64,000 bases of DNA from Epithemia pelagica (lineage: Eukaryota > Protista > Bacillariophyta), in NCBI GenBank assembly GCA_946965045.2, contig OX337230.1:1116001-1180000 (forward strand), written 5' to 3'. The position numbers were made by a program, and so were the translations under genes. Under the pieces are notes generated by a model, which saw nothing but the letters and a program-made list of their open reading frames with translations, was not told the DNA's origin and searched no databases. Of the stretch, positions 19,201-30,087 are shown piece after piece (the stretch's first letter is position 1; every line of letters begins with the position of its first letter).

Positions 19201-21985
19201 GAATGGACGCATTCATTGCAAACAACAACACGAGAGTGAATACGACGATGATCATGACCATACAAGTGCACCTCATAGAAACGGAAGACTCCTACCGATC
19301 AAAACCAGTAAACCGGTATCTTTTGTATGAAACCCTTGTTTTGTATGGTGATGATCTGACTGGAACGAACAAGAAGCTATGACTTTTTTCGAGTGCTGGG
19401 AAACGAGCGGTATTACATAATTTTCTTGCGACTTCCGACATCAGATCTGGACACTTGACCATGCTTCATACATATGTTTCTTTTCTGTCTGTCATAAAGT
19501 TGGAAACAACTGGGAAGTCTTGACTATCATGTCTGGCGGTCACGGGAGCAACCGCATGTATAAATCAAATATCAATTCCTCGACCTTGATTGATCTCGTA
19601 AAGATGATGAACGTCCATAGCGAAGTAGGGGAACATGACCACATCGTCAATAAGCACAGAAAGATTGCAGTTATCCCAGAACCTTTCAAAGTCCATCAAT
19701 GCTTTCTACAACTCCCACACCATAATTCAAGAACAACAATAGGCAAAGAGAACCGCAAGCTGTAGCTAGAGAGATCGTCCGCTGAAACGACCGTCAAAAG
19801 ACAGCATTTTCGACAAGTTTCTACTTACGGAAGAAACGAGAGATGCCTTGTACGTCTCATCCTCGAATGTAGGCCACCAAATGTCACCAATCCTTCTCCC
19901 TGAAAATCATGTCCATGACTGCTTCAACGGAAACAAAAAGTCCCGAGCTACGGAAGAACACTGCCCAATACGAACAAAGAAACAATTAAAAAGTATCGTG
20001 GCGAACCAGCATGAGAATAATATCTCGACTGCGTCAACGTGTCCTCTTTGAGCCATGGCACCGCATCAACGACTTTGACCACATACGACTCTATATCACA
20101 CAAGGGATAGGACAGGGTAGGGTTCCAGACGCAACTGTCGCAAGGTAGTAGCGACGCCATACAGTAGTGGCCTCTCGCCGTCATGACAACAGCTTCCAAG
20201 AACAGCCGGACATGTTGTGCCGTAAAGTCGTTGTTGGCCCTCCTCAAATAAGAACCACCACCATCCCATTTCAGAAAAACAAGACTATCCTTCGAAATGG
20301 ACCTTCCACAGTCCTGCGGAATGTTCTGACACGCTTTTTGTATACTTCTACATGTTCTGAAATACCACCATCAGCACAATGACACGGTGAAGATAATCGT
20401 AATAACGCTTGTGCGACTGACGGTAGCAGCGGGAGAATCTCACCAAAGAGTCGGAGATTCTTGCATTTTTGTTCTGCGGTTGGTGTCCTGCATTGTTTGT
20501 CTCATTCTTTTCATGTCCGTGTTGACCCACTATGATCGTGGAAGACAACAACAGAGACTTACACAAATTCGGTGTTCTGTCTCATGAATGGTGAACTGTT
20601 ACTTGAACAGCAACGTTTTGTCTTACAAGAACAAGCAACAAGCACCGTCGCTTCCTTGCGGCCAGCAGCACGAATCTCCCAGGGTCCCTCTTCAACACAA
20701 TCTTTATGGCGGCCAATCACCACTAATGAGCATGTTCAAGATGCTTTTCAGGACTCCTCCGTCGTTATTCAGCATCAAGTAAGAGTCTCAGCATTGCTCA
20801 CCTCTACATTCCATACCACAAAACGACGCGATTCTTTTCAATACACAGTCTCACAACTAGATCTCAAAGACCCTGCTCTTCAACGGCGTTGCAGGCACAA
20901 CACCCTCACAGTATCAATGACACAACACTGCTGAAAAGCTGTTCTCCATCAAGCCATCACTGAGGAAAACAGATCAAGAAAAAGGCGCAGAAACGGGTTA
21001 TACCCCTCCTGACCTCTCTCCGTCCAAAGACAAGGTCAATCGGACGCCATTGCTCTGTCCTTTACCAATTTCAAGATACAGGTTCCAAGAAGGAAACAAC
21101 AGACCCCACTGCCACAACCCTTCAAGCAAATCGAGAGCGTGTGGGGAAACAAATCCAAATCAATCAGACGGGAATCACACCGACAATCAACAGGACAAGT
21201 ACACACAAATCGACCAAAACAGCCACAGCAAACAAACCGCTGTGATTGCATTGGCCCCTTGTATCACCATGCCCTTGTTGCTTGTCCCCTTTTGTAGTCT
21301 ACTCTCGGATTTGGATTTGCCCTACACGCTTCGCGATTTGCTGGATTGAACGACGATGCCAGTTCCTTTTGTCGTATGCCATACGCGTCTCTTGCGATTC
21401 AGCCAACAGGGCGGAGGACCTTCCATGCATTTTGCGTTTGCTGAAGCAGGACGAACATTCGTGAGTGCTCTGCAAATCCACAGACCGGTGTTATTCAAAC
21501 AGAGGCGCAGGCCGACATGTGGTCCTTGTCCATGTCGCTTCGGTCTTCTTGCTTACAAACTTTGCAATGACACCATTGCTTCTATGACCAGATGTTGAAG
21601 CAGGTGTACTGCAAGCGCAAAAACAACAAGGGACGGGTACAACACAATGCGCCACTACAGTGCCAAGCAACGAACGAGCAGGAGAAAATGTCATTCTCAC
21701 CATGCCGAAAGACCCCTTCCTGCTTCATTCGTCATTTTAAAGTTCTGGTGCGAGCTAAGACTCTATCATGATTGTTCGGCATGTGCATACCTCACCAACA
21801 TGTTCAGCGTGGATGGCGAAGAAAGCACCATTAGCGATTGTGGTATGGACTAAAGGACACGTGTTGCACGGTTGATATGAAATCTGGAAAGAAATTTGCG
21901 CCTTTTTCGCAAGGAGTAGCTAGAGGAGAAGGAGCAGAGCTACGTATTCCGATGATATTTGGATAATCGAATCCAGTCACGAATG
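16075..21985. repeat. Diverged tandem segmental duplication, two ~2.9-3.0-kb units (~16075-19050 and ~19125-21985)
   Basis: Collinear shared blocks, e.g. GTGTCCGTTGAGCACGCGGGGGGACTGTCTGTTTCCAGC (~16085/~19135), AACCGCATGTATAAATCAAAT, CCTCGAATGTAGGCCACC, AAGAACAGCCGGACATGTTGTGCC, CTCCATCAAGCCATCACTGAGGAAAACAGATCAAGAA, GCTAAGACTCTATCATGA. Boundaries approximate. Confidence 0.9.
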
Positions 21986-22046
21986 ATTGGTCATTGGGGG
22001 TATCTTTTCTTTCTGCTGATTGACATATCCTCACAACCACACAACC

Positions 22047-22589
22047 ATGTTCGCGATTTCGCAACTGACACAAAGATTGAAATCATCTTGTTCGTCTGCT
22101 CTCCAAAGTGGACGTTGGTCTCCCCAAGCTGTCGGGAGTTCCAATCTTTGCGTGAAGGACGCTGCCAAGGAAGGTCTCCTTGTTTGCGGTCTGAGACCCT
22201 GGCAATGTGTCCTAGATCTACAGTTTCGCCTTCGGAGCAATCGCTCTCGCCGTGGCTTGTACGATGGCAAGGATATTCGGTCAGGAAACAAAAGGTCACA
22301 TAGTATGAGGGCAACAAGGCGCAAGTTCAAACCAAATGTTCAAATGGCGAGTTTATACTCGGAAATCTTGGATGAAAAGATTCGATTTCATGTGACTACT
22401 TCTGCGTTGCGCTCGATTGACCGAGTCGGTGGTCTGGACAATTATTTATTGAACAGTAAGCATGTAACAGAAGGTGAAGGCATGAAGGCGAAAAAGAGAA
22501 TTCTGAGAAAGATGAAACTAATAGAGAAAGGCTACGCGCAGCACCCGCTACAGCACATATTCGACAACTTGCCCCTCAAGCAGCCTTGA
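22047..22589 (+). CDS. MRPL28: Mitochondrial ribosomal protein bL28m
   Basis: RSRRGLYDGKDIRSGNKRSHSMRATRRKFKPNV...SEILDEKIRFHVTTSALRSIDRVGGLDNYLL is the L28 signature. Basic Ser-rich presequence from the ATG at 22047. Confidence 0.92.
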   Translation: MFAISQLTQRLKSSCSSALQSGRWSPQAVGSSNLCVKDAAKEGLLVCGLRPWQCVLDLQFRLRSNRSRRGLYDGKDIRSGNKRSHSMRATRRKFKPNVQMASLYSEILDEKIRFHVTTSALRSIDRVGGLDNYLLNSKHVTEGEGMKAKKRILRKMKLIEKGYAQHPLQHIFDNLPLKQP

Positions 22590-22783
22590 TATCTAACACC
22601 TGGTAGTGCTCGTCACATGGGACGGACTGTGCACGAGATTGTATCCGTACGAACTGCTCCTCGGTGTCAAATCAACTCCCTAATCTTAGATAACAAAGCG
22701 TTGATATTGCATGTACGTCATATGTGAATGTCTAAAGACGTTGGCGCAAAACAAAGGGCACCAGCTCGTAGCGTGAAAGCACA

Positions 22784-25042
22784 TCAAGCAACCCCGTGTC
22801 CCTGCTTCTTTTGTGCCGTTATCTTTTGAAATTTCTTGATATGCCGAATCATTTCCTTTGCGTTCAAGTCTTCCGTGTCGCCGTCATCGTATAAAATATG
22901 CCACAAGTCTTCGTCGTCATCCTCCTCTGGTGGCAAATATTTCTCAACGGTGCCATAATACATCTCGTCATCAAACCTTTTTGCAACACGCCATTTTACA
23001 TAGCGCTTGGGAGATGCATGCAAGTCCTCAATATCAATGGGACGTTTTCTTTCATTCGAAACGCTTCCCTTTCGTGACGATGACGGGGGTAAATCCAAGC
23101 CGCCATCTTTTTTGGAATCTGAGCGATTCGGTGTTGTATGAGGTTCGCGCTGACCGCCAACTCTTGGTGCTTTGACCACGCCAACAGAATCTTCATCTTC
23201 TATTAGGGCCCTCGATCGTTTGTTCTTCTCCGAGGAATTTGTATTGCCACTGTCCCTTACCACATATTTCTGAACTCTGGAAGAGCAATCAGGAACAAGT
23301 CGTCCCATTTCTATGGCATACTGCTTGGCCCTTTGTTTTTGCTTTTCTTGTGCTTCTGTCGAATCCTGACGCATGGCCAAGACACGTTTCATTTCCCCAT
23401 TTACGGCATAGTTCATTAAGCAATCTTTTGCCAAGGAGACAGACAAACACAGACCCATTAGACGACGTCCATTAGAAACTGGAGAATGCGTACCCACCAA
23501 GGTTCCGCACACAAGAAAACGAAATCCATGAGACAACTTACCAAACAAACGGACGGGTGTCATGTCTGCCGTCGACCCATCATCATACATCACTTTGAAT
23601 ATATCATTGATCATGCTTGTCCCACTGTCACGTGCAATGTCAAAGACAGTTCCCCGAAGATGTCTTTCGGGATCCGTTGTCGACGTGAAGAGCGGCTGGA
23701 CCACTCGTGAACCAAGCAGCTCGTGTCGTATCGTTTCTACTTTCGACATGGCCGAGAGAGAAATCGATCGACTTTGTAACAAATGGCCAATACCATATGT
23801 AGCCAAATCTTCAAAGGTCTCCACTTTCACCTGATTCATAGTTTTCTGATGTTCTTCGTTTGGTTGCAGAATGTACGAAAACAGGGGATGGAGTAACTTC
23901 TTCACCACAACTGCTTCTGCCCCCGTCACCACCACAGTCAGTTGTTGTTGTTGAGATCCACGTCGTTCTTTTTTGATCTGCTTCACCCATGTCTGAATCA
24001 CATGAGAGAGAGCCCCTGCAGTCTCACGCAGCACCCCCACCAGCATGGCGTCCCGGGTATCCGTCCCTGCACAGTCGCTTAATGGTTGTTTGGTTTTACG
24101 ACAGTCTGCGAGTAGTTGTTCCAAGTCGGAATGGTGAATCAAGGGTAAGGCACCGGTACAATCATTCAAGGCTGTGAATTTGGCCCCAAATCCCAAGGTT
24201 GCTCCTCCACACCCTTGAATGTCACCCTTGCCGTTCGTGCCTATCCATGTGGTGATGGCCACTCCGGCATCCACCACCAGGACGGGGGATCCATACATGA
24301 GCTTGGCGGCATACAAACCGGAACAGTGTTCCACACCCAGTGTCTCAAATTGGCGTTCCAAGGGTCTTTTGATGTTGTCAAAGAAATCGGATGCTCTCAA
24401 TTGATGTATACGACAGGGTATGTATTCAAACATTCGTTGGAGGTATGCCGATTCTTGCGAAGAATTGCTGATAGCATAAACTTGCCAATAGGGAACGCGT
24501 TTTTGAGAAAGAAAGCCACGTAGATTGGTCAAGTTCTTGTCTTTCTCAAATTCGGGTCCACCCATCATGCGACAGGCTTCGGGTGACCAATACCCCTTGA
24601 AGATGTCTTGTTGCGATATTTCGACCGATGTCGATTTCTGATAAATTTTCTCGAAATGTGTTGTTCTATAAAGGCGGGACGTGATTCAGAAGGAGAGTAA
24701 ACAGCATCGTAGAACAAGACAAAGCATCGAGTGGTATAAGTGAACATGACCAACATCTTTCTCAATTCTCAATAGCCGCCGATTTCACATTCACCCCTGG
24801 CTGTGTCATCATGAAACGTACCGAAACGATAATATGAGAGCAAACTGCCCATTGGATCCACTGTGAATGCCCCAGTACAAATGGTCGATACCCACAATTA
24901 CCGAAACCACAAACTGGGCTTCTGGATGTGCACAACTATTGGGCCACGACGCGATCTCTATGGGACGAAATTCGACATGGGGAATGACCGCTGGGTTTGC
25001 TCTTGCCGCCGTGTTTTCGCCGTGGGAGGTAGAGTTGCTCAT
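22784..25042 (-). CDS. Type III pantothenate kinase (CoaX)-like fold fused to two Tudor-like domains; exons 25042-24822, 24665-23542, 23424-22784
   Basis: CoaX-like VSVIVGIDHLYWG and PVLVVDAGVAITT...GALP. Tudor-like FKVMYDDGSTADM and RVAKRFDDEMYYGTV...WHILYDDGDTEDL. GT-AG introns at 24821-24666 and 23541-23425 both restore frame. Confidence 0.75.
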
Positions 25043-25742
25043 GGTAGAAGAATGGTTCGTTTGTTTTTTGTCACTCTCGCTTCCTTTTTCTCTTGACGTT
25101 GCGGATCTGTGTTACACAACAAATGAGTGCAATCTCCCAGCGGGGGTGGAAATTTCGTCGTGAACTCTCTTTGTCAACTCAGGATGAATTCACCAAAAAA
25201 TTCTCGTCCTCGCTGAGGGGTAACAGCGACCTGCGGGGTTGCTGTCGATGTGTGTTGTGTGTTGTCAGGATGTAGCTAGAAACTAGAAGATAGTACGAAT
25301 ATCTATGTGAAGTTCATTATATTTTAATAGGAGTACTTTCTGAAAGTTTCTGAATCTTTCTGTGCTCGTCACAAAATAACTCGAACATAATATGGTATGC
25401 TGGGTTTTGTGATTTTTTCAATACCAAACTAAAGAACAAATAAACTACCCAGCGTTGACAAGAGAAGAAGCATGGAAGCGTCGCCAAAGACAACAAACAG
25501 TTATTGTTGGGTGTCTTTTCTCCATCGAAGAATCGAAGATTGACACCCTCAAGGCTCAAGGGATTGTGAATGTGACCTTGTGTCCCTCTTGGTTTGTTAT
25601 CAAGGCAAACTAAGAACAAGAGTCGAGAGACAAGGGACGTATCAGTGTCGAGAAAGGAGGACCCAGCGAGGAGAAAAAGCAGTACAATACCTAACTAGTT
25701 CATACAGTTCATTGCTCGCTCTCTCTCTCTCCTGTGACGAGT

Positions 25743-26414
25743 ATGCCCACTCGACGAAAACGAATTCAATTGCATGCATGTACCACCAAATCTCCACCGC
25801 CATCGGTGTCTCCATCCTCGACGGTACCCTTGACAGTGGGACAACAATTGCAAGAACGTTTGCTCCACTGGAATCTCTCCTCAACGACTTCTGCCAACAC
25901 CACCCTCAACGACACATCCAAAGACTGTGACAACAACAACCACAAGAAGAACCACCAGAACAAGAACCAAAAGACATTACTCCCTCGTATCTTTCCATCG
26001 TTGGCCAACAAAAGCAAGCAAGGAAGTCACTCCTCAACCTCAAACAGCCACACAACAAACAACCACAAAGGGAACAATGAGAGGGGTTCTACGAGCACTG
26101 ATGAAAAGCAATCACTGTCATCGGGGGAACTGCACAGCTTGAACCATCTAACAATCAATGAAGAAGTGATGTGCGAAAATAGTTCCTTGCAGACCTCGAC
26201 GACGATGAGAACTTCAGCACAATCAACGACAGACACTGAGCAGAAGGACTCTTCCAGTTACCGTGCAGACTGGATGAACGACGATGATGAACCGAAACAA
26301 CTAGTCAATAGTGACAAGACCGATGGTCAGAGTTGTGGATCCTTCTTTCAGCCTTTCCGGATGGAGGCGTTTCGGAAACGACTCCCAAACAACCACCACC
26401 TGAACAACATCTAG
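25743..26414 (+). CDS. Low-complexity Ser/Thr/Asn-rich ORF, probably the 5' exon of the lipase gene
   Basis: Overlaps the lipase ORF in another frame. A pyrimidine-rich TTCTTTCAG acceptor ends at 26351; the donor is not identified with certainty. Confidence 0.4.
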   Translation: MPTRRKRIQLHACTTKSPPPSVSPSSTVPLTVGQQLQERLLHWNLSSTTSANTTLNDTSKDCDNNNHKKNHQNKNQKTLLPRIFPSLANKSKQGSHSSTSNSHTTNNHKGNNERGSTSTDEKQSLSSGELHSLNHLTINEEVMCENSSLQTSTTMRTSAQSTTDTEQKDSSSYRADWMNDDDEPKQLVNSDKTDGQSCGSFFQPFRMEAFRKRLPNNHHLNNI

Positions 26415-27673
26415 CTCGAGAGCAAGTATCACTGAACGAAGTGAGGAACGAACACAGTGTAGAAATAGTGGCTGATGCAACAACAAACGACGTGGAAGTA
26501 GTCGACTCTACCGTCATCCATAGGGAACCACCGGACGGTGTGGACCCACCCACAGACCAGGAGCCATCAGCCCAAGAGTCACAGGGACAGCAATCCAAGC
26601 ATCAGCCACACACACCGTATGGCAATGCCTATCATGTGGATCGAGCTGCCATTATGGCAGCTGTAGCCAGTCATAGTTATGCCTCCTTGCACGAATTTCA
26701 AGCCGTCTTGCAAGGTCATGAAAACTTAACCTTTGGCCATGGTGATTTGGTGGAATTGGATGCGAGCAATCCCTTGCTTCTCATTGTCGCACGGGCGCAA
26801 ATCTTGCGAACCCAACGGGGCAGGGTGTTGGTTGTCAGCTTTCGGGGGACGGAACCCACCAATCTCTTGAACTGGGGCACCGATTTGAATACCGGTGTCC
26901 TACCGTGGCATTTGGATCCTCGCATTCTCGTCCATGAAGGATTTTTAAACAACTTTCGGGCCGTCTGGGATGGACCCTGGGGGATTTTGGCGCATTTGAA
27001 ACAACCACATCTCTTGCGACAACAAGAACCACAATCGGACCACGACGACGAAAATCACCAAAAAGAAGAAAAATCAGAGTCGATGAACTACCAGAAAGAA
27101 GCAAGCCATGGCAGTGAAGAGGAGTTTCCAGTGGAACACATTTATTTTACGGGGCACAGCTTGGGTGGTTCCATGGCGATGCTGGGTGGCTTGTACTTGG
27201 CTCAAGCTGAACCCGAATTGTATAAAAAAGAACGAGGAATCTACACGTTTGGACAACCCATGGGATTGCATCCGACTTCCTGTAGACTTGTTCACTCCAG
27301 GATTGGGGATCGCTTGTTTCGACATGTCTATCACAATGATTTGATTCCTCAAATGCCCAGTCTCCCCATGGGACGGTTTGCCCATGTCGGACAAGAATAT
27401 CGTTTTTTTCCCAGCCACGACAGTGCTGTAGAAGGCGGTGGTACCTGGAAACACATGCCACCGCATCATCATACGACACAGCTCTTGTCCAGTGTTGTGA
27501 CGATTCCCTTTGTGATTGCCGATGGCATGTCCACCACATTGGTCCCCTCCCAACTACAACCCTATCTACCCAAGTCACCCTGGTCCATGACCGATCACAG
27601 TTGTACAGGATATTGCGATACACTCATGGCTATATCATCTCCCCTGGCGCAAGGCGGCACCACGTCAAAATGA
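26333..27673 (+). CDS. Class 3 lipase (alpha/beta hydrolase)
   Basis: VVSFRGTE lid/oxyanion motif, VHEGF, nucleophile elbow FTGHSLGG, YTFGQP, HNDLIPQMP (Asp) and C-terminal TDH (His). Confidence 0.92.
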   Translation: MWILLSAFPDGGVSETTPKQPPPEQHLAREQVSLNEVRNEHSVEIVADATTNDVEVVDSTVIHREPPDGVDPPTDQEPSAQESQGQQSKHQPHTPYGNAYHVDRAAIMAAVASHSYASLHEFQAVLQGHENLTFGHGDLVELDASNPLLLIVARAQILRTQRGRVLVVSFRGTEPTNLLNWGTDLNTGVLPWHLDPRILVHEGFLNNFRAVWDGPWGILAHLKQPHLLRQQEPQSDHDDENHQKEEKSESMNYQKEASHGSEEEFPVEHIYFTGHSLGGSMAMLGGLYLAQAEPELYKKERGIYTFGQPMGLHPTSCRLVHSRIGDRLFRHVYHNDLIPQMPSLPMGRFAHVGQEYRFFPSHDSAVEGGGTWKHMPPHHHTTQLLSSVVTIPFVIADGMSTTLVPSQLQPYLPKSPWSMTDHSCTGYCDTLMAISSPLAQGGTTSK

Positions 27674-27782
27674 CGGGGAGACGACCAACAATGGATCAAG
27701 ATATGTTGTTCGTTATTTACCTGTTTGGGCTGCTTTGGGTTGTGGAAACGCCAATCAAGAGTGACAGTTTGTCCCTTCCAAA

Positions 27783-27852
27783 CAAGTGACCTCCATCCAC
27801 TATCCAATGAATAGCAATTAAGTGTGACCTCTATCCACTATCCAATGAATAG
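27783..27852. repeat. Short imperfect direct duplication (GTGACCTC(C/T)ATCCACTATCCAATGAATAG x2)
   Basis: Two near-identical ~29-bp copies downstream of the lipase. Confidence 0.8.
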
Positions 27853-28134
27853 AAGTGGTTTTGTCAGTGCGAAGTTTGAGTTGATCAATGCTCTAGCAAA
27901 TCAAGCGTTCCCTTTTGGATCTTGAACAAAAAGAGGGACCAAACGAGGAAAGCCAACATGGTCGCATGGCTAACAGGGGAAACTACCATTCCCATACGTC
28001 CTAGGTGAACTCGCTTGACTAATAAGAGTGGATGACTACAATTCACCTACGTCCCACGTGAAAAATCGGCAGCGTTCTACAGTGAAAACGTCTATCTCAG
28101 GTAACGGCTCCTCCACCGTAAGAACCAAATGCCT

Positions 28135-29847
28135 TTAAAGTTTAGACAAGGGATTATTGCTACTCGTTTGTCCATCTCTATGTTGTATCATCTTTTGCTT
28201 TTCGTTTGAGTTGGGAGAAGGAGTATGGGACCACCAGGCTGCCAATTCCATACCTTGACGGGGGGCAATGGTATCTGGATTGATACGAGGGGAATCCTTG
28301 CTCATGAACCATCCATGAGGTTCCAAGGTTCTTTGATAATCCGCAACGGTCACGGCAAAGGGTGGACCACAAAGTGGCGACTGGGACTTGGCATGTCCAC
28401 TCGAATCCTTCTTTGTTGCATCTGTTAGGGGGAACATGAGGGTGAGTAATTGTCCACTGGTAGCACTAGGATGTACTCGTTTGTGGGCCGTCGCCTGGTC
28501 CTCCACGCCAACCGACGGAGGAGAAGGAAGCAACAATTGGGCCATGCGTTGACCCCAGTTTGGTCGCAATTCAGGTGGCAAGGCACAAAAGAAGCAATAA
28601 TCAAAAATGAAATGAAATTGTGAGATTTGTTGTTTGATTTCGGGTTCCGCCACCACGTCCGGTGGCTGCAATGGTTCCTGGGGAGGATAGTAGTGGAAGG
28701 ACTGTTGAATGTTCCATGTCGAGCAGGAATCAAAGAAATCTCCCAAAACCAAATCCACACGAACCTGCGTCGTTTCGTGCAACTCTTTATCGCCGCTGCG
28801 TGTTGGTATAGTCGAGGACCTGTTGGTTTGATTCTTTTGTTCATCTGGGTTTTGTTGTTGCGTGTGGAGATAGGATACCGCTCGTTGCAAGGATAGAGGA
28901 GACAGTTCCAATCCGACAATCACAACCCTTTTGACTGCTGGCGACGGTTGGTTTTGAAACCATTGCGCCAGGGCATGCAAATCGTACCCTGCTCCACATC
29001 CTGGTACCAAGACCCCAAAGACGGAATCATCATCATCATCGTCATCATCATGGTTCACAACGTTCAAGTATTGGAGTTCCGACAACAAGGCCGGTGTGGG
29101 TCGTCCCAGATCCCAAGCGGTCAAGCCATCTCGCCAAAGAGATTCCCAAAACTCTGCCTGTTGCTCTTGAGTTTGTTGTTCTTGTTCTTGTGGCTCTTGC
29201 TGTGCTTCGACTTGTTGTTGTTGTTGCTGTTCGGCATATCGTTGCATGGCCAAATCGCGCATTTGTGTACGAGACATGGAAAACCTTTGGTGACGGCCAT
29301 CTTTAGTGTCTGAACCATTGCTACTACCATTACTCGTTCGTTCTCCTCCTCCTCCTCGTTCATCTCGTTGGATTGTTTCGTGCGTCGAGTTCTCGGGCGA
29401 GGATCCTCTTGGCGTGGAGGATGATGTCGTCGTCGTCAAAAATCGATGTTGCTGCCCCGGCCGCTGGTTGTGATGGGACGTTGCGACAATGGTGGTTCCC
29501 CAGCCCAAACCATTGGTGATGAGACCATACTGATGCTCATGCATCCGTCGATTTGTTCTTCCTGGTCGAATAGCAAAGGGTGTACCAAAGTGCGATGACG
29601 CAAGGGATGATGATGGAGAGTTCCAGTTCCCAGAATCCGCAACAACAACAACAACAGGCGCCGCCGAAGCTATGGTTCTACCGAACAGTCGTTGGCTTGG
29701 CGATCCTCCTCGAGTCACAGAAGAGAATGAGAATGCTGGTTCACACGGACAATGCCTGGAACGAAGGGGTGTTGCGAATTGTATGCGGTTTGTGCAGAAA
29801 AATCGATTCGTAGGGATTCCGTACCATGTCATGACCCACCTGCTCAT
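28135..29847 (-). CDS. SAM-dependent thiol/halide methyltransferase (TPMT/HOL-like) with a long Arg/Ser-rich N-terminal extension
   Basis: FWESLW...AWDLGRPTPAL, VLVPGCGAGYDL, LELSP, GDFF, IFDYCFFCAL, LLTLMFP and GPPFAV motifs. Confidence 0.88.
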   Translation of the reverse strand: MSRWVMTWYGIPTNRFFCTNRIQFATPLRSRHCPCEPAFSFSSVTRGGSPSQRLFGRTIASAAPVVVVVADSGNWNSPSSSLASSHFGTPFAIRPGRTNRRMHEHQYGLITNGLGWGTTIVATSHHNQRPGQQHRFLTTTTSSSTPRGSSPENSTHETIQRDERGGGGERTSNGSSNGSDTKDGRHQRFSMSRTQMRDLAMQRYAEQQQQQQVEAQQEPQEQEQQTQEQQAEFWESLWRDGLTAWDLGRPTPALLSELQYLNVVNHDDDDDDDDSVFGVLVPGCGAGYDLHALAQWFQNQPSPAVKRVVIVGLELSPLSLQRAVSYLHTQQQNPDEQKNQTNRSSTIPTRSGDKELHETTQVRVDLVLGDFFDSCSTWNIQQSFHYYPPQEPLQPPDVVAEPEIKQQISQFHFIFDYCFFCALPPELRPNWGQRMAQLLLPSPPSVGVEDQATAHKRVHPSATSGQLLTLMFPLTDATKKDSSGHAKSQSPLCGPPFAVTVADYQRTLEPHGWFMSKDSPRINPDTIAPRQGMELAAWWSHTPSPNSNEKQKMIQHRDGQTSSNNPLSKL

Positions 29848-30087
29848 GGTTCAGCAGCACCTTTTTGTCATCAGCCCCGCTATCCAACTCTGATCAGACA
29901 AGGTTCCCTTCTTGCTGTGTACGTTCGTGTCCAAAAAGGACGCCAAACAACCCGGATATATGGTCGTCTTGCATGACACCCTTTTCCCGAGTCCAACGCG
30001 ACAAAAAGAGAGGTAGCTCTTCGTTATCAGTTCTGCCGGCAAATTGTAAGCAATGCCATTGCTCATAATGGACTGTCACGAAGGAGT

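Noticed and set aside
17395-21853. Short ORFs within the 3-kb duplication (e.g. 17951-18496, 21050-21349)
   Set aside because: Similarity between the copies follows from DNA duplication. Frames are broken differently in each copy and no domain is recognisable.
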